Part shown: positions 17,866 to 25,917 of the stretch, piece after piece | Layout: each line of letters opens with the position of its first letter | Position numbering within the stretch: position 1 is the first letter of the stretch | Source: a virus | Virus record (IMG/VR): IMGVR_UViG_3300045972_000807 | Location: 32,001 to 96,000 of that record | Strand: one strand, 5' to 3' | Length of the DNA stretch: 64,000 nt | Notes under the pieces: generated by a model | Seen by the model: only the letters and a program-made list of their open reading frames with translations | The model's database searches: none | Told to the model about the DNA's origin: nothing | Program-made: the position numbers and the translations under genes

Positions 17866-17894
17866 AGCCTACGCTAGTGTACCTAGCGTAGGCT
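17866..17894. terminator. 12-bp stem-loop downstream of the protease gene
   Basis: AGCCTACGCTAG-tgtac-CTAGCGTAGGCT; no clear U-tract on the minus strand. Confidence 0.55.
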
Positions 17895-17905
17895 GTTTGC
17901 CTCGC

Positions 17906-18718
17906 CTATTTGTTTATGACCCAGGCGTCGGAAGTAAGGCGCATGTTGGTTACGTAGGCGTAAGGAACGCTGAAGTACCCACCAATGCCCCACTCGGGAC
18001 CCCAGCTGTTTCTGAAAAGGAAACGCTGAACCGTATCGTTGTAGCCAACCATTAGGACAGCGTGCCCACCCACGCACTTTTCTCCGGGTTTGGGCATCTG
18101 AACCTGGCCGGTGTGAGCAACCTGAGGGCCTTCAAAGGATTCGTAAAGCTGAAGTCCGCATACGATAGGAAAACCTGATGCCAAGGTTTGTTTAACCTGC
18201 AGGGGGTCCGTGTTGATGACCTGAGCAAACTTGCTTATCTTTCGAGTGGCAGCGTCAGCGTACGCAGCGTCATGAGGCTTTTGGGTAACCTTGGTAACGT
18301 CATAGGGCCATACGAGCTCTTGGCAAATACCGTAGGTGCTGAGTGCCTTGATGCCGTCATGGATGAAAGCCCCAGCGTCTTGCCCTGTTGAGTTTTCAAG
18401 AATACGTTCGTTGTAGTACGTGAAAAGCCTACTTACCTCAAAGTAAGAACCCTTTTGAGGATTGAAGGCTCCCTGCGTGTTTTCAAGATACTCAAGCGCT
18501 CCGCTGAAAGCGTGACCACTGCATGAACCAATAGGTCCCTGGTTCTCTACAGGTGAGCACCCTGGGCGCAAGTCCACAATTGGGGGCAACGAATTAGGAG
18601 CCACCAGCATAAAGTGCGGCGATGCCACCACGTCGAGGTGCGGAGCTCTGTGTGAGCGGGTTGACGCCTTAAGAGCGTAGGTATGACCTTTGGGTTTGTG
18701 TGCGGTTATCGTTGCCAT
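17906..18718 (-). CDS. papain-family (C1A) cysteine peptidase
   Basis: VDLRP..SPVENQGPIGSCSGHA (Gln and Cys), GGHAVLMVGY (His) and RNSWGPEWG (Asn): intact catalytic set. Confidence 0.93.
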   Translation of the reverse strand: MATITAHKPKGHTYALKASTRSHRAPHLDVVASPHFMLVAPNSLPPIVDLRPGCSPVENQGPIGSCSGHAFSGALEYLENTQGAFNPQKGSYFEVSRLFTYYNERILENSTGQDAGAFIHDGIKALSTYGICQELVWPYDVTKVTQKPHDAAYADAATRKISKFAQVINTDPLQVKQTLASGFPIVCGLQLYESFEGPQVAHTGQVQMPKPGEKCVGGHAVLMVGYNDTVQRFLFRNSWGPEWGIGGYFSVPYAYVTNMRLTSDAWVINK

Positions 18719-18741
18719 GTTCTTACTCTCAAATAGGGTTG

Positions 18742-19758
18742 TTATGCGTAGAAACTGGGAGCCTTGTTCTTTGTGGCTATGTTAGTGCTTTGGTAGTGCA
18801 AGTCCACCGAGTGGATGAATGGCTGTGTTCCCCCAGTGTTGGCACTTAACACAATTCTTGCAAGTATGAGCGAATCCACTTCCAGGTTAGCCAGTGGTAT
18901 AAGAGAGCCTCCAGTTATCTGGACTTCAGCAATCATGTGTTGGTACTGAGTCGTACTAGACGCCTGTACCCACGTAACAGACACAGGAGCCGTGAAAGCA
19001 GCTTGGTTAAAGCCTTTAGCCTCCGTGAGGTACGCCGTGAAGCTTACTGTCTCGTTTACGCCTGAAGCGTTCAGACTCCAGTGAACGTGAATGAATATGT
19101 CGGTGCCGGGTGCCCAGTCGTGTGGTATGTGGTAGTTGAATGACAGTTCATCGTTTATTCCAAACTGGTACTGGCTTATTGCTCCCCTGTAGGTATTCCA
19201 TGTTGGGGCAGAGCCTCCTCCGCGTACAACCATAGAGCCAATAATGTCGTGCCATCCCCAGGTTGGAGTTACCGTGTCTACCTTTATGCCGTAGCCTGAT
19301 GCCTTGTTGATAACCACGTAGTTAAACAGGTTGCTACTGCTACCTGCTACGTTGACCCAGTTAGTTCCGTCAAACTGCAAAATGTTACCTGTGGCGGGAG
19401 AGGTAAGCACCACATCCGACAATGCACTAATAGACGAGGTAACAGTAACAGGAGAACCAGTAGACGTAATTCTTCCCTTTGCGTCTACAGTGAAAGGTGT
19501 AATCTGTGTACTTACGTTGTTGTAGGTACCTGCTGTAACGCCTGAGTTAGCCAGAGTGAAAGCACCTGCGCCCCTGGACAGGCTTCCCGTAACGTCCCCG
19601 GTTACCGTAGCCGAACCTACCTCAACCACGGTGGTTCCCTTAAGGGTAAATAGCACGCCGTCGGCTGTGTTAACCGCTACCTCCCCAGCTACAAGCTGTA
19701 GGTTGGTGGGTACCTTATTCGCTACCGAAGATTTCTTCAATAGAATTGTTTGTGCCAT
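18742..19758 (-). CDS. tail-fibre-like protein with Mtd-N-like N-terminal domain
   Basis: MAQTILLKKSS...VP..L..GEVAVNTADG N-terminus, SGVTAGTY...TVDAKGRIT repeat and LSDV...LQFDGTNWVN motif; beta-rich C-terminal domain. Confidence 0.75.
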   Translation of the reverse strand: MAQTILLKKSSVANKVPTNLQLVAGEVAVNTADGVLFTLKGTTVVEVGSATVTGDVTGSLSRGAGAFTLANSGVTAGTYNNVSTQITPFTVDAKGRITSTGSPVTVTSSISALSDVVLTSPATGNILQFDGTNWVNVAGSSSNLFNYVVINKASGYGIKVDTVTPTWGWHDIIGSMVVRGGGSAPTWNTYRGAISQYQFGINDELSFNYHIPHDWAPGTDIFIHVHWSLNASGVNETVSFTAYLTEAKGFNQAAFTAPVSVTWVQASSTTQYQHMIAEVQITGGSLIPLANLEVDSLILARIVLSANTGGTQPFIHSVDLHYQSTNIATKNKAPSFYA

Positions 19759-19760
19759 GT

Positions 19761-20189
19761 TTATTTACCGTAGTTAGATTTAGGTAAGAAACAGAGTAGG
19801 TTGTACAGACTGTTAGGGCTGTATATAGCCGGGCTAGGGATAAGCAGGGCAGTAGCACACCACTCAGAGCAAAAGCTAGCGCCTTTTGGTGCTAGGTTAA
19901 AGTTGAAGAACTGATCCAAGAGAAGGAGGGCAACAGAGTACTTTGTGCCTTTAGTATCTGCAAAGTACGTTTTAACTTCCACAGCCTGAGCCCAAGGAAC
20001 TTCTACTAGGTCCCAGGTTTCAGTATCGTTAAAATCTATTTTCTTACGCCGAACTCCTCCGTCGCGTGCTGTAGACGTGTAGCCTTCGCCGTCCATAACT
20101 ATCTCACAGTGGCTATAAGGGCCGTGGGTAAACCTGCGGATAAGACTGTCTACCCAGTTACCGGGTGCTTTGTAAAAGGCTACTTGCAT
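19761..20189 (-). CDS. permuted papain-like amidase (YaeF/YiiX, C92-like)
   Basis: IRRFTHGPYSHCEI (His), GTKY and FCSEWCA (Cys) in permuted order. The ATG at 20189 has a GGAG RBS. Confidence 0.8.
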   Translation of the reverse strand: MQVAFYKAPGNWVDSLIRRFTHGPYSHCEIVMDGEGYTSTARDGGVRRKKIDFNDTETWDLVEVPWAQAVEVKTYFADTKGTKYSVALLLLDQFFNFNLAPKGASFCSEWCATALLIPSPAIYSPNSLYNLLCFLPKSNYGK

Positions 20190-20203
20190 TAGGTGTTCTC
20201 CAA

Positions 20204-20749
20204 CTAAAAGATTATTGCGTTTGGGTAAACATCCGTGTACACCAAGGGCCACATAGGTACAACGGCAACTGAGTAAAAATCGTAGTTACCTGGGTCACTC
20301 GATGCCAGCATGTTAGCATGGTGAGCCTCGGCTATTCCAAAAGTTTGCATGTCCTGAGTAGCTACTTGCATGAACACACCCAAAGCTAGTTCGGGTGCCA
20401 TCGCAACAAAATCGCCTGTCATAGTTTTCCACATGATACCGGAAGGCATGCTAGCGCCCATCATAACTAGTCCGAGGTATTGGATACGCGAGCTATTGTC
20501 GGTGTGAAACCAGTAATCTCCTACTTTTACGCCAGAAAATTTACGAAGGTCTCTATCCACTTGAATAGATTTCCACATCTGTTGTTTTACCATTTCCAAG
20601 CAGTCAGCGTCTAGCGTTTCTTGCGAGGGGAGGGCATCCCCTGAAACCCACACTAGGTTTTCGTAAACCGAGCCGTCACCCGATGACTGCACAAGAACTG
20701 TTGGGTACTTTTCAGAGATAGCCTGTATATACGTGACTGTTATAGCCAT
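20204..20749 (-). CDS. DUF4376-like tail-fibre-associated protein
   Basis: RD.RKFSGVKVGDYWFHTD..SRIQ...WKTMTGDFV.M pattern; lies directly after a fibre gene. Confidence 0.8.
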   Translation of the reverse strand: MAITVTYIQAISEKYPTVLVQSSGDGSVYENLVWVSGDALPSQETLDADCLEMVKQQMWKSIQVDRDLRKFSGVKVGDYWFHTDNSSRIQYLGLVMMGASMPSGIMWKTMTGDFVAMAPELALGVFMQVATQDMQTFGIAEAHHANMLASSDPGNYDFYSVAVVPMWPLVYTDVYPNAIIF

Positions 20750-20758
20750 TTTGCATCC

Positions 20759-21535
20759 TTAAGAAAATTCTTGAACCGTGATGCCGTTACGTGCCAGCAT
20801 ACCGTTAAACATCGCGTTCTTACCCTGGTTAACGTACCAGGTACCTGAGGCACTTGCGCCTACGTAAAGCGTATAGGTAACCGCTGAAACTGTAGAAGGA
20901 GCATCGTTAATGGTAAATGTCATAGGCACAGGTTGTCCAGACTGCCAACAGGTATTGCAGAACACGCCAATGCAGGTTGTACCTCGAAATAAAGAGGCGT
21001 TAAGTTGTCTACCACTCTGGTTGTGGTCGAACGTAAATGAGCCAGAAATGTTTATTCGGCTAGCTGTAGCGTTTGGTGTTATTACCTGGGACCAAATAGC
21101 TGTCCCTGCTGTTGATGTTGTTGGTGTACTGTTGGATATAGCTAGAAGTGTATTGCCGCTCTGTGCTGCAATTACAGATGTTTGCGACTGTAGGACAATT
21201 CCTGAACCGAAAGATACTGCTACGTTAGTTACTGAGACTATACGGCCCTTAGCGTCTACAGTGAACTGTGGAATTTGTGCTGCACTACCGTAAGTTCCAG
21301 CTACTGCGCCTGAAGCGGCTAAGGTAAGTGTTCCCGCCTGCCCTGAAATAGTGCCTGTAACGTCACCAGTAAGAGTGGCTGCGCCTATCTCTACTACCGA
21401 TGCAGTTCCGTTATTTTTTGAAAGGTAAAGCTTACCGTCGTAGGTATTTACGCCTAGTTCACCCAGTGCTAGCTGAACCGTGGTTGGCACTCGGGCAGGT
21501 ACTGACGAGCGTTTAAGAAGAATCTGTTGAGTCAT
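20759..21535 (-). CDS. tail-fibre-like protein with Mtd-N-like N-terminal domain
   Basis: MTQQILLKRSSVP..VP..L.LGELGVNTYDGKLY N-terminus, one TVDAKGRI repeat, and a C-terminal jelly-roll-like tip (ITPNATASRINI...DAPSTVSAVTYTL). Confidence 0.75.
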   Translation of the reverse strand: MTQQILLKRSSVPARVPTTVQLALGELGVNTYDGKLYLSKNNGTASVVEIGAATLTGDVTGTISGQAGTLTLAASGAVAGTYGSAAQIPQFTVDAKGRIVSVTNVAVSFGSGIVLQSQTSVIAAQSGNTLLAISNSTPTTSTAGTAIWSQVITPNATASRINISGSFTFDHNQSGRQLNASLFRGTTCIGVFCNTCWQSGQPVPMTFTINDAPSTVSAVTYTLYVGASASGTWYVNQGKNAMFNGMLARNGITVQEFS

Positions 21536-21563
21536 GTAATCGTCCTATATAGGAAAAGGAAGG

Positions 21564-21585
21564 AGGCCCGCTATATAGCGGGCCT
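21564..21585 (-). terminator. intrinsic terminator-like hairpin
   Basis: Palindrome AGGCCCGCTATATAGCGGGCCT followed on the minus strand by CCTTCCTTTT. Confidence 0.7.
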
Positions 21586-21604
21586 ATTGTCGGTCAACTA
21601 AAGG

Positions 21605-23365
21605 TTAAAAGCTTCCGCCGTCGATGGTGTCGGTGTTACGCAGGCCGTCGGTAATACCGTAGCCCGTGATAGTGGTCGGGGTACCAGTGATGGAGCTAAA
21701 CGCTGGAGTGATCGTTGTAGCCGAACCGGCAGCGGTAACACGACCCTTAGCATCCACCGTGAACGAGCTATGCTGGGTAGCAGAGTTGCTGTAGGTTCCA
21801 GCAGTTACGCCGGATGCCGCCAGGGTTACAGCAAAGCTGCCTGTGCCTGTACCGGTAGCATCGCCAGTCAGCGTGATCGTTTGATCGCCGCTGTTGGTGC
21901 CTGTCAAACCCAGGTCAGTCTTGAGCGTAGCCAGCGTGTTGACTTCAGGCGCGCCGGTACCCGCTGTCTTGCGATAGATCAGGCTGGCGGTTGCCATGTT
22001 AGCCATCTTGGCCAGAGTCACTGCACCTGCAGCAATAGTACCTGTGATTGCTGTAGTACCTGTACCAGTAACGTCACCACCCAAGGTAATTGCCTGATTG
22101 CCAGTGATGTACGCACTGGAGTCAAAAGAGGCAACACCGTTGGTCAGCTTAACCAGGCCAGTGGACACGCTGGACAAAGCCGCAATGCTTGTGAGCTTTG
22201 CGTTGAGTGCTTGCGCGTCGGTGACACCATAGCCGGCCAAGGTTGTTGGGGTACCGGTAATGGAGCTGAAAGCTGGGGCAATGGTTGTGGGGGCGCCCAC
22301 GGAGGTAATTCGGCCCTTAGCATCCACAGTGAACGAGCTATGCTGAGTTGCGCTGTTGTCGTAGGTACCTGCGGTTACGCCCGAGGCTGAAAGCGTAAGC
22401 GCGATAGAGCCTGTGCTGAGGGCTGTTGCAGACGCAGTAGCGTCACCGGTTACAGCCAGTGTCTGCGTAGAAGCCAGTTGGGCTACGTTGGTAACGTTAC
22501 CCAGGCCTACGTCTGTGCTTGTGAGCACAACAGTGCCCGATCGGCCAGCAACGCTGATTACTTCGTTGGCAATGCCGTCGATCTTGTCCCATGTAGTTCC
22601 GTCAAAAACAACAGAGTCACCAACGTTCCATTGGCTGAGTCCGTCTAAGCTAGTTGCGCCAGCAGTAGCTACCTTGTAGTAGTAACCTTTGGTTCCCGTG
22701 CTAGATACAAGCGCAGGGATATTGGTTGTAGCGTTCCACGTACCTTGGTAGTTTAATCCACCAATCAACGATGACGGGATTTGGGCTGTGGTGAGCTTAC
22801 CAGTGCCGTCCAAGGTAGCAACACCTGAAGCTGCGCCCAGTTGCGTGGTGGAGACAGCGCCGATAGCCGCAGGTGTGACGTTAACCGCAGTAGCGGAAGT
22901 AACGCGGCCCTTGGCGTCCACAGTAACCTGTGCAACTGCTGAGCTTGAACCATAGGTACCTGCGGTAACACCTGATGCTGCCAAGGTAAGAGCCACCGAA
23001 GTAGAGCCTGAACCTGTTGCGTCGCCTGTGTAGGATATCGACTGGTTGCCGGTCAGGTAGGCGCTTGTATCCAGAGAGGCCGCGCCTGCGGTCAGCTTAA
23101 CCAAGCCTGTGCTGGAAGTAGACAGGGCGGCGACAGAGGTTAGAGTAGCATTAGAAGCCTGCAGTGCGTCGGTGATACCGTAGCCAGCCAACGTTGTTGG
23201 CTTATTGAACACGGTAGCCCAATCGTTCAAAGCTACGATAGCGCCAGCCAGGTTCTTGAAGAACAGCTTGCTGTCAGCGTAGTTGATTGCTATTTCGCCG
23301 AATGCCAATGAGGGAGGTACGTTTGTGGCTGTGCCTGATTTTTTGATAAGAATTGTCTGAGACAT
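21605..23365 (-). CDS. tail-fibre stalk protein: Mtd-N-like N-terminus, repeats, C-terminal DGGSF
   Basis: Three TLxASGVTAGTY...TVDAKGR repeats, three PTTxxGYGxTD repeats, and a YQGTWNA...KID module. Confidence 0.8.
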   Translation of the reverse strand: MSQTILIKKSGTATNVPPSLAFGEIAINYADSKLFFKNLAGAIVALNDWATVFNKPTTLAGYGITDALQASNATLTSVAALSTSSTGLVKLTAGAASLDTSAYLTGNQSISYTGDATGSGSTSVALTLAASGVTAGTYGSSSAVAQVTVDAKGRVTSATAVNVTPAAIGAVSTTQLGAASGVATLDGTGKLTTAQIPSSLIGGLNYQGTWNATTNIPALVSSTGTKGYYYKVATAGATSLDGLSQWNVGDSVVFDGTTWDKIDGIANEVISVAGRSGTVVLTSTDVGLGNVTNVAQLASTQTLAVTGDATASATALSTGSIALTLSASGVTAGTYDNSATQHSSFTVDAKGRITSVGAPTTIAPAFSSITGTPTTLAGYGVTDAQALNAKLTSIAALSSVSTGLVKLTNGVASFDSSAYITGNQAITLGGDVTGTGTTAITGTIAAGAVTLAKMANMATASLIYRKTAGTGAPEVNTLATLKTDLGLTGTNSGDQTITLTGDATGTGTGSFAVTLAASGVTAGTYSNSATQHSSFTVDAKGRVTAAGSATTITPAFSSITGTPTTITGYGITDGLRNTDTIDGGSF

Positions 23366-23398
23366 GATACACTTTCTAAGGGTTGAGGTTGCAAAAGG

Positions 23399-23605
23399 TT
23401 AAAAAATTCCGCCGTCCATAACTAAGGCTTCGACGAACGTAGCAAGTTCCGTGGTGGGTAGGTTTGCCATTGGGACTAGCCCTGAGTCATCCAATGGTGC
23501 AATGCCTCCCGGCATGCCCTTCTTTTCGGAAATATCAGTTTCCACCTCGGTTTCGGTAGCTAGGGACGTATCTAGCTGGCCGGATCTTACTACGGTTCGT
23601 GCCAT
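23399..23605 (-). CDS. small fibre-associated/adaptor protein (68 aa)
   Basis: AGGT RBS; KG.PGGIAPLDDSGLVP..LP fibre motif; ends MDGGIF. Confidence 0.7.
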   Translation of the reverse strand: MARTVVRSGQLDTSLATETEVETDISEKKGMPGGIAPLDDSGLVPMANLPTTELATFVEALVMDGGIF

Positions 23606-23663
23606 GGTTTATTACCTGTTTAGTTAATTAGAGTTCCCATTAAATTGAATTTGAAGAATGCGG

Positions 23664-24599
23664 CTATTGGTTAGGGAATGGAGAACTTGTAACTGTAAAG
23701 TTTGAGGTATACCTGGCAACTCCGCTAGTAATACGCAAATCGTCCAGATAGTCCTGTGCGTAGCCGTTAGAGAACCCGCCTATGGTAAGGGGTACCGCGG
23801 CGTTGTACTGAGGTGTTCCATTCATAGTCGCAGTTCCGTCCAAAACACCATCTAGGAATACTCTAAGAGTTGTTCCCTGCTTGGTCATTGCAATATGCCG
23901 CCAGCCACTTCCTACGGCTACTGTTGTTGCCCCGGCTAGTGCGTTTGTGGTACCGTTGAAATAGAACCAAACTACGCGTCCCGTAGACCCAATACCGAAT
24001 GACCAGTAGTCACTGCCGCCTGTTGCGGTCATGTGTCCAACCTGGATTGGCTGGGTAGCAGTCCCCTTAGCCAATTGATGGTTAATCCACATTTCGATAG
24101 TGAAATCAGACTGTGCCCAGTTAGTCAATGCTGTGGTGTACGGGAACGTTGCGTAACGCGCAGTTCCGTCCATGTTCAAACTTTGGCTAAACTTTGCACC
24201 CGAACTAAAGTAAGCCATGCTATGGTTAGTAGCAACGTTGCCCTTTTGATCTGTAAGATTACCATCAAAGTGGCATAGCAAGGCTACGTTTGCAAAGTAC
24301 GGATCTGAAGCGGGTGGCTGGACCGTACAGTTAGCTGATGCCTGACCTTGGCCGTTTAAGGGGCTCCAAGGTTGCGTAGCCGTTACCGTGCAACTTCCCG
24401 CGGCAACTACAGTGGCAGTCGAACCTGCTATTGAAATAATACCCGAGTCGCTAGAGGTATATGTCCACGACGTAGTCAGAGTTGACGAAGGGGGAGTTAT
24501 AGTAAAAGGTGCATCACCAAAAGTCTTGGTGGGCATTGAAAATGTACCTAGTACAGGCATAGTATCGCCTAGGTACCCCTGTGAAGATATTATAGACAT
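23664..24599 (-). CDS. LamG/ConA-like lectin domain protein with N-terminal Ig-like domain (putative adhesin)
   Basis: DPYFANVALLCHFDG, DFTIEMWI, WRHIAMTK, LRVFLDG, YLDDLRITSGVARYTSNF. Confidence 0.85.
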   Translation of the reverse strand: MSIISSQGYLGDTMPVLGTFSMPTKTFGDAPFTITPPSSTLTTSWTYTSSDSGIISIAGSTATVVAAGSCTVTATQPWSPLNGQGQASANCTVQPPASDPYFANVALLCHFDGNLTDQKGNVATNHSMAYFSSGAKFSQSLNMDGTARYATFPYTTALTNWAQSDFTIEMWINHQLAKGTATQPIQVGHMTATGGSDYWSFGIGSTGRVVWFYFNGTTNALAGATTVAVGSGWRHIAMTKQGTTLRVFLDGVLDGTATMNGTPQYNAAVPLTIGGFSNGYAQDYLDDLRITSGVARYTSNFTVTSSPFPNQ

Positions 24600-24608
24600 T
24601 TAGTTTCC

Positions 24609-25850
24609 TTAAAACAAGCCCACGCCAGTAGCTAGCCAAGTTGTGGCGTTGACTCGCTTCATTAAGGTAGCTAAACCGTTGACTGCCAGCGTGCGCGTGC
24701 CAGTTGTAGCGGTGCCCACAAGCTTCATGGTGTCGGTAGTAACCGTGATCGTTATAGGCGAGGCAGACGTATTCAAAATCTGAATCACGGTACCAATTGG
24801 GAATGCCACGGCGCTGTTAGCTGGAATAGTGATGTTGCCCGATGCTTCTAGGCAGGTACCTCGGTCAGCTAAAGCTAGCGTGTACGCGCCTACTATTGTT
24901 TGGGGCACATCGCGTAGACGATCAACAAATGCTGTAGAAGCTATCGTAGTACCTGCGGTACCCCACACTTGAGTTGTGGTAGAGGTTACACTGATAGCTG
25001 CCGTACCTGCCAAGGTAATACGTCCTTTGCTGTCTACTTGAATCTGAGGAACGTGCGTAGCGTCACCGTAGTTACCGGCTGTAACGCCGGAGGCCGCTAG
25101 CGTAAGCGCGATAGTACCTGTACCTGAACCTGTGGCATCCCCTGTATAGGTGGTTGAAGGTGGCGTGGATGCTATAACGCTTAGCCCAGTTACACGTCCT
25201 TTGGCGTTAACCGTAATTTGAGGCGTGTTAGTAGCGTCTCCGTAGACACCTGGCGTAACACCTGTATTAGAAAGTGTAGTTGCTATTGTTCCGTTAGCCA
25301 ACGGAGTAGATGCTGCGGTAATGTCTCCGCTAAGTGCTAAGTTTACAGCACCAACATCGGCAATAGCCCGGGCTGCTGTGTAATATTTGTTTACCGTACC
25401 CTCAGTAAGGTTATCGGTGGTAGACCCAGACCAAGTACCTGTTGCTCCCTGAGGTCCTGTAGCTCCGGTTGCCCCGTTAGTCCCTATGTATCCGTTAGCT
25501 CCGGTGGGTCCTTGGGGCCCAGCTGGTCCGTCAATGCCTTGTAAACCTCGAGGGCCTGTAGCACCCGTAGCACCGTCTGACCCAACGTATCCGTTAGCGC
25601 CTGTGGGGCCTGTAGGTCCCTGAGAGCCAGTAGGGCCCTGTGGTCCCTGAATGCCAGGTATACCTTGGGGGCCTGCTGGGCCTGTTGGGCCTGTGGCCTG
25701 TTTAGCTGCCAAGTCTTGCTGAATGCCGTAGATGATACCGTCAAGCTGGACTAGGGCAGCCAGTACGGCGTCAATGTCGCCTAGACGGGCATCGTAAATT
25801 GTTCCGCCTGGTATAGGCATGTTCAAACGGGGTGTGGTACTAACGCTCAT
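24609..25850 (-). CDS. collagen-like fibre protein (paralogue of 43771-44814)
   Basis: Gly-X-Y run, two GVTxGxYG...GR repeats, and a C-terminal YTLALAD...[14 protein letters not shown]...W..TG.L fibre domain. Confidence 0.85.
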   Translation of the reverse strand: MSVSTTPRLNMPIPGGTIYDARLGDIDAVLAALVQLDGIIYGIQQDLAAKQATGPTGPAGPQGIPGIQGPQGPTGSQGPTGPTGANGYVGSDGATGATGPRGLQGIDGPAGPQGPTGANGYIGTNGATGATGPQGATGTWSGSTTDNLTEGTVNKYYTAARAIADVGAVNLALSGDITAASTPLANGTIATTLSNTGVTPGVYGDATNTPQITVNAKGRVTGLSVIASTPPSTTYTGDATGSGTGTIALTLAASGVTAGNYGDATHVPQIQVDSKGRITLAGTAAISVTSTTTQVWGTAGTTIASTAFVDRLRDVPQTIVGAYTLALADRGTCLEASGNITIPANSAVAFPIGTVIQILNTSASPITITVTTDTMKLVGTATTGTRTLAVNGLATLMKRVNATTWLATGVGLF

Positions 25851-25875
25851 GATAATTTCCTTGGTTAAAAGTCTT

Positions 25876-25907
25876 AACTAGGCCTAAGAGATTTCTTAGG
25901 CCTAGTT
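25876..25907. terminator. 14-bp stem-loop after giant lectin gene B
   Basis: AACTAGGCCTAAGA-gatt-TCTTAGGCCTAGTT. Confidence 0.65.
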
Positions 25908-25917
25908 TGTTGCTACG

